Source: Candidatus Lustribacter sp.
GTDB taxonomy: Bacteria > Vulcanimicrobiota > Vulcanimicrobiia > Vulcanimicrobiales > Vulcanimicrobiaceae
Length of the DNA: 64,000 nucleotides
NCBI GenBank assembly: GCA_965277805.1
Contig: OZ255842.1
Location: forward strand, 4,960,001-5,024,000
Direction of reading: 5' to 3'
The translations under genes were made by a program, and so were the position numbers. The notes under the pieces were generated by a model. That model was given only the letters and a program-made list of their open reading frames with translations, ran no database searches and had not been told where the DNA came from. Positions 36,424-46,512 of this stretch are shown here, piece by piece (position 1 is the first letter of the stretch; each line of letters starts with the position of its first letter).

Positions 36424-37509
36424 ATGACGAACGCGATGGCGCGATTCGATGCCACCGTGTCTCGTCTGGGCACGGTCCTGGAATCCGACGGTAGTCCGGC
36501 CGAAGCCGAAGGCGTCCTGAACCCGGCGTGCGCCCGCGCACCGGGCGGCGAACTGCTGCTCTATCCGCGCGTCGTCGCAGCGGGCAACGTGTCGCGCGTC
36601 GGTTTGTTCCGCGGCACCGAAGTCGGCGACAGCGTCCGCTTCGAAAATTTGGGTTTCGCGCTCGAACCCAGTGCGCCGTACGAAACGCGTCCGCCCAAGA
36701 GCGGCGGCATGGGCTGCGAGGATCCGCGCGTGACCTACGTGCCGGCGCTCGAACGCTACGTGATGGTGTACACCGGGTTCGGACCCGAGGGTCCGCGCGT
36801 AGCGTTCGCTCTCTCGACCGACGGCTATCACTGGGACCGTTTGGGCCTGGTGGATTTCAAAACGCACGGTCTTGCGTGCGGCGATGATAAAGACGGCGTC
36901 TTCTTTCCCGAACCCGTCCGCTCGCCGGCCGGCGTGCTTTCGTTTGCTTTCTTTCACCGTCCGATGAAAGAGCTCTCGACGCTGGACGGTCATGCCGTGA
37001 TCCCGCAGCTGCTCGAACTTCCACCGATCGAGCGCGAGTCGACGTGCATCGCCTACATTCCGGTCGACGCGGTGCGCGCCGACATGCGCAATCTCCTCGT
37101 GCCGCACGAGAGCGTGATCGTGCTCGCGCCCGACGGCCCGTGGGGCCGGCTGAAAACGGGCGGCGGCACGCCGCCGGTGCGCATCGCCGAGGGCTGGTTT
37201 TCGCTCTATCACGCGGTCGACGCCGTCGAGATCGACGGGCGTTACGCGATGACGTACAGCGCCGGCATCGTGATCCTCGATATCGACAGCCCGCACATCG
37301 TGCTCTATCGCTCGCCCGTTCCCGTGCTCTCGCCCGAACATCCGGATGAAATGCACGGCGTCGTCAACAACGTCGTGTTTCCGACCGGCATCGACGTGCG
37401 GGGCGAACGCAACTTCGACGTCTACTACGGCATGGCCGACGCGCGGATCGGACGCGCAGCGATCGCGTTACCGCCGGCGGCGGTGGCCGGAAAAACGGCC
37501 GCGGCCTAA
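36424..37509 (+). CDS. GH130-family glycosidase/phosphorylase
   Basis: VLNPA, CEDPRVT, DDKD.V.FP, KTGGGTPP, NVVFPTG, YYGMAD. Confidence 0.88.
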   Translation: MTNAMARFDATVSRLGTVLESDGSPAEAEGVLNPACARAPGGELLLYPRVVAAGNVSRVGLFRGTEVGDSVRFENLGFALEPSAPYETRPPKSGGMGCEDPRVTYVPALERYVMVYTGFGPEGPRVAFALSTDGYHWDRLGLVDFKTHGLACGDDKDGVFFPEPVRSPAGVLSFAFFHRPMKELSTLDGHAVIPQLLELPPIERESTCIAYIPVDAVRADMRNLLVPHESVIVLAPDGPWGRLKTGGGTPPVRIAEGWFSLYHAVDAVEIDGRYAMTYSAGIVILDIDSPHIVLYRSPVPVLSPEHPDEMHGVVNNVVFPTGIDVRGERNFDVYYGMADARIGRAAIALPPAAVAGKTAAA

Positions 37510-38543
37510 ACCCGGTCGCGCAGCAGGTCGCCGAGTTCGCCGGCTTCGGCGAGAAATGCGTCGTGCCCGTGATCGCTGTGCATCAAGCGGAATGCGGAAT
37601 CCCAGCCGGCCGCCGCCCAGCGCTCCGACACCGCTCGGATATGATCGGCGAAGAACAGCTGGTCGCCGGTCACGCCGACGAACGTGAGGCGCGTGCGTTC
37701 GGGATTCGCTTCGGCGCCGCGCAGGTCGAACAAATCCATCGCGCGCGTGAGGATGCGATACGTGTTCGCATCCATGCGCGCGGCGAAACGCACGCCCTGG
37801 TACGCGAGATAGCCGTCGACGTCGAAGCGGTCGTCGAGCGTCTGTTTCGGATCGCCGCCGGCGCGATCGGGCCGGTTGGCGAAACGGCGCTCGAACAGTT
37901 CTTCGCTCTTGTAGGTGAGCGTCGCGATCGCGCGCGCCAACTTGAGCCCGGCTGCGGGCTGTTCGTCGTACCAGCCGTCGCGAAACTTCGGATCGAGGCG
38001 GATCGCTTCGCGCGCTAAGCTGTTCTGCGCGATCGCTTGCGCGCGCAGATGATCGTGGGCCGCCACGACGATCGCGTGGCTGACCGAACCGCCGTAGCGC
38101 CGCGCCCACGACAGCGCTTGAAAACCGCCCAGCGAACCGCCGACGACGACCGCCAGGCGTTCGATGCCGAGCGCCCGCAGCGCGCGGCGCTGCACGTCGA
38201 CCATGTCTTCGACCGTGACGATCGGGAAACGCGGACCCCAAATCCGGCCGTCCGGCGCGAGCGACGGCGGACCGGTCGAGCCGTAACATCCGCCGAGCGC
38301 GTTGACCCCGACGACACACCAGCGCGCGGTGTCGAAGAGCGCGCCCGAACCGACGAGCCCGTTCCACCACTCCGCGACGCGCGACGAACCGGTGAGCGCG
38401 TGCGGTGCGAACACCACGTTGGCACCGCCGTCGCGCGGCGTTCCGTAGATCGTGACCCGCGCGGTGACGCCGGGCAGCGTCGTTCCGCCGCTGAGCGGAA
38501 CGTCACCCAGCGCCACATCGTGGTCGACGACCGAGTCGAGCAA
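37506..38543 (-). CDS. metX: Homoserine O-acetyltransferase
   Basis: HALTG, NALGGCYGSTGP, GGSLGG, HGHDAFL. Confidence 0.9.
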   Translation of the reverse strand: MLDSVVDHDVALGDVPLSGGTTLPGVTARVTIYGTPRDGGANVVFAPHALTGSSRVAEWWNGLVGSGALFDTARWCVVGVNALGGCYGSTGPPSLAPDGRIWGPRFPIVTVEDMVDVQRRALRALGIERLAVVVGGSLGGFQALSWARRYGGSVSHAIVVAAHDHLRAQAIAQNSLAREAIRLDPKFRDGWYDEQPAAGLKLARAIATLTYKSEELFERRFANRPDRAGGDPKQTLDDRFDVDGYLAYQGVRFAARMDANTYRILTRAMDLFDLRGAEANPERTRLTFVGVTGDQLFFADHIRAVSERWAAAGWDSAFRLMHSDHGHDAFLAEAGELGDLLRDRV

Positions 38544-39824
38544 CTAAACCGCCTTGAACGCAGTTTCGAGGTCGCCGATGATGTCGTCGATCGACTCGAT
38601 GCCCACCGACAGGCGGATCGTGTCTTCGGTGATGCCGCTGAGAATGCGCTCTTCGGGCGAGAGTTGCTGGTGCGTGGTCGACGCCGGGTGGATGACGAGC
38701 GATTTCGAATCGCCCACGTTCGCGAGCAGCGAGAAGAGCTTCAGTTTGTCGATGAACGCCTTGGCATTCGGAAGTTCGAATGTGACGATCGCGCCCGCGC
38801 CCTTGGGCAGATATTTGCGCGCGGCCTCGTAAGCCGGGTCTTCGCGCAGTCCGGGATAGCGCACCGAAGCGACCTTGTCGTGCTTCTCGAGATACTCGGC
38901 CACGGCGAGGGCATTCGAGCAGTGGCGCTCCATGCGCAAGCCCAGCGTCTCCATTCCTTGAATTAGCAGAAACGCGTTGAACGGCGAGAGCGCGGCGCCG
39001 ACGTCGCGCAGCAGCTGCACGCGCATCTTCAAGATGTACGCCAGCGGGCCGAACGACGCGACGTACTGCGCGCCGTGGTAGGACGGATCGGGCTCGATCA
39101 GTTCGGGAAACCGGCCGTTGCTCCAGTCGAACTTTCCGCCGTCGACGACCAAGCCGCCGATCGACGTACCGTGTCCGCCGATAAATTTCGTCGCCGAGTG
39201 CACGACCACGTCGGCGCCGTATTCAATCGGGCGCAGCAGCATCGGCGTCGGCAGCGTGTTGTCGACGATGAGCGGTACGCCCGCGGCGTGCGCCGCATCG
39301 GCGACGGCCTTGACGTCGAGGACGTCGACTTTGGGATTGCCGAGGGTTTCGGCGAAGAACGCTTTGGTGTTGGGTTTGACCGCAGCTTTCCATTGCGCGA
39401 GGTCGCCCGGTTCGACGAACGTCGTCGTGATGCCGAACTTCGGCAGCGTGTGGAAGAACGCGTTGTAGGTTCCGCCGTAGAGCGAACTCGAGCTGACGAT
39501 GTGATCGCCCGAACGCGCGATGTTGAGCACGGAATACACGACCGCCGCCTGACCGCTGGCGAGAGCCAAGGCCCCGACGCCGCCTTCGAGCGCTGCGATC
39601 CGCTGCTCGAGCACGTCGGTGGTCGGGTTCATGATGCGCGTGTAGATGTTGCCGAATTCTTCGAGCGCGAACAGGCGCGCAGCTTGGCCGGTATCGTCGA
39701 AGACGTAGGACGTGGTCTGATAGATGGGAACGGCGCGCGCCTTCGTCGCGGGATCGACGTTCTGGCCGCCGTGCAGGGCGATCGTGTCGAGTCCGGGCTT
39801 GGGCTGGTCTTGGGTCGTGCTCAT
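38544..39824 (-). CDS. metY: O-acetylhomoserine aminocarboxypropyltransferase/sulfhydrylase
   Basis: [48 protein letters not shown]; start ATG 39824 after AGGAG. Confidence 0.93.
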   Translation of the reverse strand: MSTTQDQPKPGLDTIALHGGQNVDPATKARAVPIYQTTSYVFDDTGQAARLFALEEFGNIYTRIMNPTTDVLEQRIAALEGGVGALALASGQAAVVYSVLNIARSGDHIVSSSSLYGGTYNAFFHTLPKFGITTTFVEPGDLAQWKAAVKPNTKAFFAETLGNPKVDVLDVKAVADAAHAAGVPLIVDNTLPTPMLLRPIEYGADVVVHSATKFIGGHGTSIGGLVVDGGKFDWSNGRFPELIEPDPSYHGAQYVASFGPLAYILKMRVQLLRDVGAALSPFNAFLLIQGMETLGLRMERHCSNALAVAEYLEKHDKVASVRYPGLREDPAYEAARKYLPKGAGAIVTFELPNAKAFIDKLKLFSLLANVGDSKSLVIHPASTTHQQLSPEERILSGITEDTIRLSVGIESIDDIIGDLETAFKAV

Positions 39825-39902
39825 CGGGCTTCTCCTGGAGGCAAACTGCCGCATTCGTTCGGTACAGGGCCGAGAACCTACGGCGGCGACAAAAAGCGCC
39901 AA

Positions 39903-40364
39903 GTGATCCGATACTATATCATCGCGACGGCGATCGTCGTCATATTCGGAAGCATCGTCTTCGCGCACCGCCTCGCCCCGCCCAACCTGCGGATCTCGGC
40001 CCAGCCCAGCGGCACGCCGACGGTCGAGACCCGCGTCGCCGAAGCACCGTCGACGGCCCCGCCCTTCAGCGGTCAGGGTCCGTGGGTGCTCTCGGCGCTG
40101 CCGGATTGCTTCGACGAACAGTCGCGCGTGAGCGGTCCGGCTGCGGCACTCGAGGCGAAGCTGCCGCCGGCCGGCGACCGCATCGCCGCCGGGACCACGC
40201 TGCGCGTCGCAGGGTGCACGCTGCTCGTGCGTCCGCGTGACATCTGGGTCGACCGCGGTTCGGACCGGCTGCGCGTTCCGCCGGATGCGGCGCTGTACCG
40301 GGTCGGCGGGCGCTTGGTTCTTACCGTGCGCACCGGCGCGCAGCTCGAGATCCGGAGCTACTGA
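39903..40364 (+). CDS. Hypothetical membrane-anchored protein, 153 aa
   Basis: GTG 39903, N-terminal TM ([15 protein letters not shown]), two Cys. Confidence 0.65.
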   Translation: MIRYYIIATAIVVIFGSIVFAHRLAPPNLRISAQPSGTPTVETRVAEAPSTAPPFSGQGPWVLSALPDCFDEQSRVSGPAAALEAKLPPAGDRIAAGTTLRVAGCTLLVRPRDIWVDRGSDRLRVPPDAALYRVGGRLVLTVRTGAQLEIRSY

Positions 40365-40403
40365 GCGCAGGGTTCGCCCCACGCGGAGGAAAGTGCGCAC
40401 GCA

Positions 40404-41336
40404 ATGGCTTCAGTGATCTCTGCGGTCCCCACGCGGCGGCTGGGGCGCACCGACGAGAACGTATCGATGGTGGCACTGGGCGGGGGACACCTCGGCACCA
40501 GTGTCCTCAGCGACATCGAGGCCGTGCATCTCATCCACCGCGGCATCGATCAGGGCGTCACGTTCCTCGACAACAGTTGGGACTACGGCGACGGGCGCAG
40601 CGAAGAACGGATGGGCGCAGCGATCGGGCGCGGCGGCTACCGGCGGCGCGTGTTTCTGGCGACGAAGTTCGACGGCCGCGATCGCCAGACGGCGACGAAA
40701 CAGCTCGACGAATCGTTACGGCGCTTGCAGACCGATCACGTCGACCTCTGGCAGCTCCACGAAAACATCCGCCCCGATGATGCCGATCGCGTCTTCGCGC
40801 CCGGCGGTGCGATCGAAGCGATGATCGCGGCGCGCGATGCCGGCAAAGTGCGGTTTCTCGGCTTTACCGGCCACAAGGATCCGGCCTATCACGTGCACAT
40901 GTTCGAGGTCGCGGCGAACAACGGCTTCGTGTTCGATACCGTTCAGATGCCGCTCAACATCATGGATCCGCACTTCCGCAGTTTCCAGCACGGCGTCATT
41001 CAGCTGGCGCAGAAAACCGACACCGGGATCATCGCGATGAAGACGTTCGGCGATCGCGGCGTACTCGAAACGCGCATCGCGACGCCGCTGCAAATGCTGC
41101 ACTACAGCATGAGCTTGCCGGTCGCGAGCGTCGTCAACGGCGTGAACTCGATCTACACGCTCGATGAAGCCGTGACCGCGGCCGTGTCGTTCCGGCCCCT
41201 GTCGGAAGCGCAGGTCGCCGCACTGCTCGCGCGCAGCGCGACGCAATCGGCCGGCGGCGCGCTCGAACGCTACAAGATCAGCGACGATTTCGACGCGACG
41301 GCCCAGCACCCCGAATGGATGGGCGCGCTCGACTAA
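40404..41336 (+). CDS. Aldo/keto reductase
   Basis: [35 protein letters not shown]. Confidence 0.92.
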   Translation: MASVISAVPTRRLGRTDENVSMVALGGGHLGTSVLSDIEAVHLIHRGIDQGVTFLDNSWDYGDGRSEERMGAAIGRGGYRRRVFLATKFDGRDRQTATKQLDESLRRLQTDHVDLWQLHENIRPDDADRVFAPGGAIEAMIAARDAGKVRFLGFTGHKDPAYHVHMFEVAANNGFVFDTVQMPLNIMDPHFRSFQHGVIQLAQKTDTGIIAMKTFGDRGVLETRIATPLQMLHYSMSLPVASVVNGVNSIYTLDEAVTAAVSFRPLSEAQVAALLARSATQSAGGALERYKISDDFDATAQHPEWMGALD

Positions 41337-42286
41337 GCGAGTTCGCTGCCCACGGCCGGCTTGCCGCGCGTGGGCGTGAGCGCAAGCGCGAGGGCGATCG
41401 CCAAGAGGCCGCTCGCGAGGTAGCCGGTCGGCGCGATCGTTTCGTGCAGCAGCACGACGGCGCCGATGCCGCCGAGAATCAGCGCGCCGTAAGAGGTGAT
41501 GAAGCTGACCGTTCCGGCACCGAGGTGGCGCAGACCGTACGCCTGCGCGATCTGGCCGTAGATCGAGAGCCCGATGACGATCTCGCCGAAGAACCACGCA
41601 TAGATCGTGCTGCTCGGCACCAGCGTCTGTGCGATCGACGGGCCGAGCCGGCCGGTTACGATCCCGAAGAGCAGCAGCAATCCCATGCCGATCGTGCCGT
41701 AGGCCCCGCCGACGAAGAGCGCGGAGAAGCGCGTTCCGAGCCGGCGCGTCAGCACGAACATGACGGCGAGCGAGACGACTTGCACGAGTTCGAGCAGATC
41801 GCCGAAGAGCGTCGACCCGGTTGCCGAGCGCGTGAACGTGAGCAGCAGCGCGCCCCCGATCCCGACCACGAGTGCGGCGATGCGCAGCGGGTCGACGCGT
41901 TCGCGCAGCACCAGCGCCGCGAGCACGGCGGTTACCGACGGCGTCAGGCTCATCAGCAAGACGACGTGCGCGCCGCTCGTGTATTGGGCCGCGAGCGCGA
42001 GAAAGCCGCAGGCGCCGGGGCCGAAGGCGATGCCGATCCCGATCAGATAGCGCCAATCCCGGGCACTCGGCGCCGTTTTCGGGCGCGCGAGCAGCGCGAT
42101 GAGCAGAAAGAGCGGTAACGACCAGGCGGCCCGGGCCACGAAGAGCCCCGGCGCATCGAAGTGGGTGTCGCCGGGCCGGTAGAGGATCTTTGAGGCGATT
42201 GCGTTGCCCGCCCAAAAAACCGTCGCCGAGAAGATCGCGAGGTAGGCAAAGGTCGTGCGCAGCGCCGTCGAATTTCGCACGGTCAT
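41333..42286 (-). CDS. DMT/EamA-family transporter
   Basis: About 10 TM in two EamA repeats (FWAGNAIASK, LRERV, LLHETI); start ATG 42286 or GTG 42280. Confidence 0.85.
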   Translation of the reverse strand: MTVRNSTALRTTFAYLAIFSATVFWAGNAIASKILYRPGDTHFDAPGLFVARAAWSLPLFLLIALLARPKTAPSARDWRYLIGIGIAFGPGACGFLALAAQYTSGAHVVLLMSLTPSVTAVLAALVLRERVDPLRIAALVVGIGGALLLTFTRSATGSTLFGDLLELVQVVSLAVMFVLTRRLGTRFSALFVGGAYGTIGMGLLLLFGIVTGRLGPSIAQTLVPSSTIYAWFFGEIVIGLSIYGQIAQAYGLRHLGAGTVSFITSYGALILGGIGAVVLLHETIAPTGYLASGLLAIALALALTPTRGKPAVGSELA

Positions 42287-43895
42287 GGATTTACGCGCCG
42301 AAGTCGAGAATCGCCGGACGTTTGCGATTATCTCGCACCCCGACGCCGGCAAGACGACGCTCACCGAGAAGCTGTTGCTCTACGGCGGAGCGATCGTGAC
42401 CGCCGGTCAAGTTGCGGCGCGCAAGCGGGCCCGCTCGGCGACCTCCGACTGGATGGAATTGGAGCGGGAACGGGGCATTTCGATCACGTCAACGGTCCTC
42501 CAATTCCCCTATCACGGCCGGACGATCAATCTCCTCGATACGCCGGGCCATCAAGATTTCGGCGAGGATACCTATCGAACGCTCCTGGCGGCCGACAGTG
42601 CGGTCATGCTGATCGACGCGGCCAAGGGCGTAGAACCGCAGACCCGCAAATTGTTTGCGATCTGCCGCGCGCGGCGCATTCCGCTCTTCACGTTCATCAA
42701 CAAGATGGACCGGCCGACGCGCGACCCGCTCGAGCTGCTCGACGAACTCGAGAACGTGCTCGGCATCGGCGCCTATCCGGTGAACTGGCCGCTCGGCGGC
42801 GGCGAAACGTTCCGCGGTGTGTACGACCGTGAGACGCACGAGCTGCACACCTTCGAGCGCACCGAGCACGGCGCGAAGCGCGCGCCGGTCTCGGTGGCCG
42901 GCGTGCACGACGAGAAGATCCGCGCGCTGGTCGATGAGGGCACGTACCGCGAGTTTCTCGACGGCATCGAATTGCTGGAAGGCGCGGGCGCGGCGTTCGA
43001 CCCCGCCGCCATGCTGCGCGGCGACGTGACGCCGGTGTTCTTCGGCAGCGCGATGACGAACTTCGGCGTGGGACTCTTCCTCGACCGGTTCGTGAAGATG
43101 GGTCCGCCGCCGAGCGCGCGGCTCGACGCGGCCGGCACGCCGATCGAACCCGCGGACGAACACTTCTCGGCCTTCATCTTCAAGATTCAAGCGAACATGG
43201 ATCCGCGCCACCGCGATCGCGTCGCGTTCGCGCGCATCTGTTCGGGCAAGTTCGAACGCGACATGACCGTGCGTAACGTGCGTACCGGCAAGGACGTGCG
43301 CTTGACGCGCGCGATGAAGCTCTTCGCGAACGACCGCGAGTCGATCGAGGTTGCGTTTGCGGGCGACGTGGTGGGCCTCGCCAATCCGGGCACCTTCGCG
43401 ATCGGCGATACGCTGGCGGATTCCAGCGACGTACGCTTCGATCCGATCCCGGCGTTCGAGCCGGAACATTTCGCCCTTGTGCGGAGTATCGACACCGCGA
43501 GCTACAAATCGTTTCAGAAGGGGATCGCTCAATTGCGAGAAGAGGGCGCGATTCAAGTCCTGTACCCGTTCGGCCAAACGCGCATCGAACCGATCCTCGC
43601 GGCCGTCGGCGCCCTGCAGTTCGAGGTGGTGAAATACCGCCTCGAATCGGAGTATAACGTGAAGACGCAGATGACGACCTTGCCGTTCACGCTGGCGCGG
43701 AACGTCGCCGGCGATGCGGATGCCGTCGCATCGGCGCAGTTGCCGTCGAATGCAAAACTCGTCGAGGATTGGGACGGCGCGCCGCTGGGTCTGTTCGAGA
43801 GCGAGTGGAGCATGCGGCTTGCCGCCGAGTGGAACCCGCGCCTGACGTTCGAACCCTTCGGCGTGCGCGGCCTCGCCGCAGTGGTGCCCTCGTGA
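42285..43895 (+). CDS. prfC: Peptide chain release factor 3
   Basis: RRTFAIISHPDAGKTTLTEKLLLYGG, SDWMELERERGISI, DTPGHQDF, FKIQANMDPRHRDR. Confidence 0.97.
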   Translation: MDLRAEVENRRTFAIISHPDAGKTTLTEKLLLYGGAIVTAGQVAARKRARSATSDWMELERERGISITSTVLQFPYHGRTINLLDTPGHQDFGEDTYRTLLAADSAVMLIDAAKGVEPQTRKLFAICRARRIPLFTFINKMDRPTRDPLELLDELENVLGIGAYPVNWPLGGGETFRGVYDRETHELHTFERTEHGAKRAPVSVAGVHDEKIRALVDEGTYREFLDGIELLEGAGAAFDPAAMLRGDVTPVFFGSAMTNFGVGLFLDRFVKMGPPPSARLDAAGTPIEPADEHFSAFIFKIQANMDPRHRDRVAFARICSGKFERDMTVRNVRTGKDVRLTRAMKLFANDRESIEVAFAGDVVGLANPGTFAIGDTLADSSDVRFDPIPAFEPEHFALVRSIDTASYKSFQKGIAQLREEGAIQVLYPFGQTRIEPILAAVGALQFEVVKYRLESEYNVKTQMTTLPFTLARNVAGDADAVASAQLPSNAKLVEDWDGAPLGLFESEWSMRLAAEWNPRLTFEPFGVRGLAAVVPS

Positions 43896-44347
43896 GCACG
43901 CCTGCAATCGCCGGGGGCACCGGACCGAGCGCGACGCGCGGTCCGGCCGGCAAGACCACGCGCTGGCTCTTGATCGCCGTCGTGCTGATCATCGTCTTCG
44001 GGCTCGTGCGCGGGCTGTTCGCGCATCATGAGACGAATTACGAGCGCATCGCGCGCGAGATGACAGTCGACTTGCAGAACAACGATCTCAAGGGCGTGCA
44101 GAGTTTCCAGAACGCCGAGACGGCCACGCTCGTGACGCACGCCGTCGTCGGCCGTGACGCCGATGCCTTTGCGCCGCTCGGTAAACTGCAGCGCGTGCTC
44201 GAAACGCCCGGAACGCCGGAAGAGACGACGCGCCGCGTGCACGAGTTCAACGCGACCTTCGATAAGGGCGTCGTGCACGAGACGATCCGCTTCGACCCCG
44301 ACAACAAGGTCGTCGGCTTCAAGTACGATCTGCCGCAGTCGAAGTAG
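43892..44347 (+). CDS. Hypothetical membrane-anchored protein, 151 aa
   Basis: GTGA overlap with prfC; single TM RWLLIAVVLIIVFG. Confidence 0.7.
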   Translation: MSTPAIAGGTGPSATRGPAGKTTRWLLIAVVLIIVFGLVRGLFAHHETNYERIAREMTVDLQNNDLKGVQSFQNAETATLVTHAVVGRDADAFAPLGKLQRVLETPGTPEETTRRVHEFNATFDKGVVHETIRFDPDNKVVGFKYDLPQSK

Positions 44348-45310
44348 ATGCCCGCGTTAGCTGTGACGTTCGACGACGTCGCGCGCGCCGCCGAGCGTTT
44401 GCGCGGCGTCGCGCATCGCACGCCCGCAATCACCTCGGCAACCCTCGACGAACGTACCGGCGCGCAGGTGTTCCTCAAAGCCGAGAACTTGCAGCGCATG
44501 GGCGCGTTCAAGTTTCGCGGCGCCTATAACCGCCTCGTGCAACTCGACCCGGCGGCGCGAGCGCGCGGCGTCGTGGCGTTTTCGAGCGGCAACCACGCGC
44601 AGGGCGTCGCGCTGGCGGCGAAACTGCTCGGTATTCCGGCCGCGATCGTCATGCCCACCGACGCGCCGGCGGCGAAACTCGCAGCCACCCGCGGCTACGG
44701 CGGCGAGGTCGTGCTCTACGACCGCTTCACGATGAACCGCGCGGAGATCGCGCAGTCGATTGCGGTCGAGCGCGGCGCAACGCTGGTGCCGCCCTACGAC
44801 GATCCCGCGATCATCGCGGGCCAGGGCACGACTGCGCTCGAATTGATCGAGGACGTGGGCCCGCTCGACCTGCTGCTGGTGTGCACCGGCGGCGGCGGAT
44901 TGCTCTCCGGCTGCGCGCTCGCGGCGACGAAGCTCTCGCCCGGGATCGCCGTGTACGGCGTCGAGCCGGAAGCGGGCGACGATTGGGTGCAGTCGCTGGC
45001 ACGAAACGAACGCGTGACGATCCCCGTCCCCGATACGATTGCCGACGGCATGCAAACGCAGTCGCCGGGCGAGTTGACGTTTCCGATCGTGCAGGCACTG
45101 TGCGCCGGCATCGTCACGGTGAGCGACCAGGAGTTGCGCGACGCGATGCGCTTTGCGTTCGAGCGGCTGAAACTCGTGATCGAACCGAGCGGCGTCGCCG
45201 GGCTCGCCGCCGCACTCACCAGGCGCGTCGACGTGCGCGGGAAACGCGTCGGCGTGACGCTGAGCGGCGGCAACGTCGACGCCGCCACGTTCGCGCGTTT
45301 GATCGCGTGA
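44348..45310 (+). CDS. PLP-dependent Ser/Thr dehydratase family (threo-3-hydroxyaspartate ammonia-lyase-like)
   Basis: KAENLQRMGAFKFRGAYN, SSGNHAQG, GGGGL, EPSG, LSGGNVD; no ACT domain. Confidence 0.92.
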   Translation: MPALAVTFDDVARAAERLRGVAHRTPAITSATLDERTGAQVFLKAENLQRMGAFKFRGAYNRLVQLDPAARARGVVAFSSGNHAQGVALAAKLLGIPAAIVMPTDAPAAKLAATRGYGGEVVLYDRFTMNRAEIAQSIAVERGATLVPPYDDPAIIAGQGTTALELIEDVGPLDLLLVCTGGGGLLSGCALAATKLSPGIAVYGVEPEAGDDWVQSLARNERVTIPVPDTIADGMQTQSPGELTFPIVQALCAGIVTVSDQELRDAMRFAFERLKLVIEPSGVAGLAAALTRRVDVRGKRVGVTLSGGNVDAATFARLIA

Positions 45311-46011
45311 TCTTCGCCGAGCGGGAGCGCTTCGCGCGCGACGGTTTTGCCGACATGACGGAACTGATCCCGGCGAACGTGCGATCGGGCATCTCAGCCG
45401 AGGTTAGCGCTGCGCTCGATGCGCATTCCGTGCGGCGCGACGTGCGCATCGCCGTCACGGGGGGAACGCCGCGCCGGTATCGCGTCGTCGATCGCGACAC
45501 GCTCGCGGCGGCGTGTCCGAAAACGGCGGCGTTGTACCGCTCACCGCATCTGCTCACCCTCATCGGTCTCGTCGCGGGTCAGCCGGTCGTGCCCGTGCCG
45601 TACGTTGCCGAAGAACTGATCGCGACGCGCCTCGAGCGCGCCGGGGACACGCACGGCTGGCACTGGGACGACTACGCTTTCGCGCTCGTCTGGGTGTTGC
45701 GCGCGCCGGCCGCCTGCGACGGCGCAACGCTCGAATACATCACCGGCGTGCCGTGGCGCAAAACCGACCCTGCGGTGGAATCCATCCTCGCCGAACGCGA
45801 GCCCGCTCGCAGGCACGTCGCATCCGGCACGCTCTATCTGCTGCGCACCGACACGACGCTGCACCGCGTCACACCGTTATTGCGTGACGTCCGCCGCGAC
45901 GCGCTCTGTTTCAGTTACGCCGCCGTGGCGGACATTCACCGCACCGTCACCCACGAATCCCTCGAGATGATCCTCGATCCGCGTCCCGAGCTTGTCGAGG
46001 GACCGCCCTAA
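45307..46011 (+). CDS. BesD/HalD-family Fe(II)/2-oxoglutarate enzyme with HxD (hydroxylase-type) motif
   Basis: TGGTPRRY, GDTHGWHWDDYAFALVW, W.K.DP.V, YLLRTDTTLHRVTPL; GTGA overlap with the upstream gene. Confidence 0.8.
   Translation: MIFAERERFARDGFADMTELIPANVRSGISAEVSAALDAHSVRRDVRIAVTGGTPRRYRVVDRDTLAAACPKTAALYRSPHLLTLIGLVAGQPVVPVPYVAEELIATRLERAGDTHGWHWDDYAFALVWVLRAPAACDGATLEYITGVPWRKTDPAVESILAEREPARRHVASGTLYLLRTDTTLHRVTPLLRDVRRDALCFSYAAVADIHRTVTHESLEMILDPRPELVEGPP
45983..46007. repeat. REP-like arm inside the 3' end of the BesD-like CDS
   Basis: GTCCCGAGCTTGTCGAGGGACCGCC is close to the reverse complement of the 18512/31345 arm. Confidence 0.75.
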
Positions 46012-46021
46012 ATCGTCGCCT

Positions 46022-46426
46022 TTACTTCGCTTTGGGGATGTTGCCGCAGGCGTAGTAGGTGGGGACGTCCGAGGTCGAGTGGTGGATGTTGATCGCAAAT
46101 CCGCCCGTCTCGAGATCGGCGAGCTGCATGTTCTTGAGGGTCGTGGTCGACGTGCCTTTTTGCAGCGTGGCCAGCGGATACGTGGGCTTCGGATCGAGCG
46201 TATCGCAAGTGCCCTTGTGAATGTGGATCGGTTGCGCGACGTCCGGCGCGTATTGTGTGGTGACGTCGACGACCACGTTGTCGCCGTCTTGGGTCATAAC
46301 GACGTTGCCGATTTCGCCCGAACCGTTCTGCGGATGGAGCGTGAACTTCACCGGCCCGCTGGCGAGGGCGAACGTCGAGGTCGCGAGGACGAGTGCGGCC
46401 GTTGCCGCCGCGATGCGAAAAGACAT
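46022..46426 (-). CDS. Small secreted CHRD/CuZn-SOD-like-fold protein, 134 aa
   Basis: GGAGG SD, signal peptide, QPIHIHKGTC, AINIHHS, ACGNI. Confidence 0.75.
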   Translation of the reverse strand: MSFRIAAATAALVLATSTFALASGPVKFTLHPQNGSGEIGNVVMTQDGDNVVVDVTTQYAPDVAQPIHIHKGTCDTLDPKPTYPLATLQKGTSTTTLKNMQLADLETGGFAINIHHSTSDVPTYYACGNIPKAK

Positions 46427-46476
46427 AGAGACACCTCCGGAACGAGTGTACGGAACCCTTCGCAGAAGGGCCGCCG

Positions 46477-46505
46477 TGTCATCCCTCGACAAGCTCGGGA
46501 TGACA
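46477..46505. repeat. REP-like palindrome
   Basis: TGTCATCCC-TCGACAAGCTC-GGGATGACA, perfect 9-bp stem. Confidence 0.8.
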
Positions 46506-46512
46506 GTGGGAG

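Noticed and set aside
39825-39902. SAM riboswitch upstream of metY-metX
   Set aside because: Only 78 bp shared with a divergent gene; no SAM-I/II consensus recognised
45307-46011. Calling this a radical halogenase
   Set aside because: Motif is HWD, not HWG/HWA; the carboxylate would occupy the halide site
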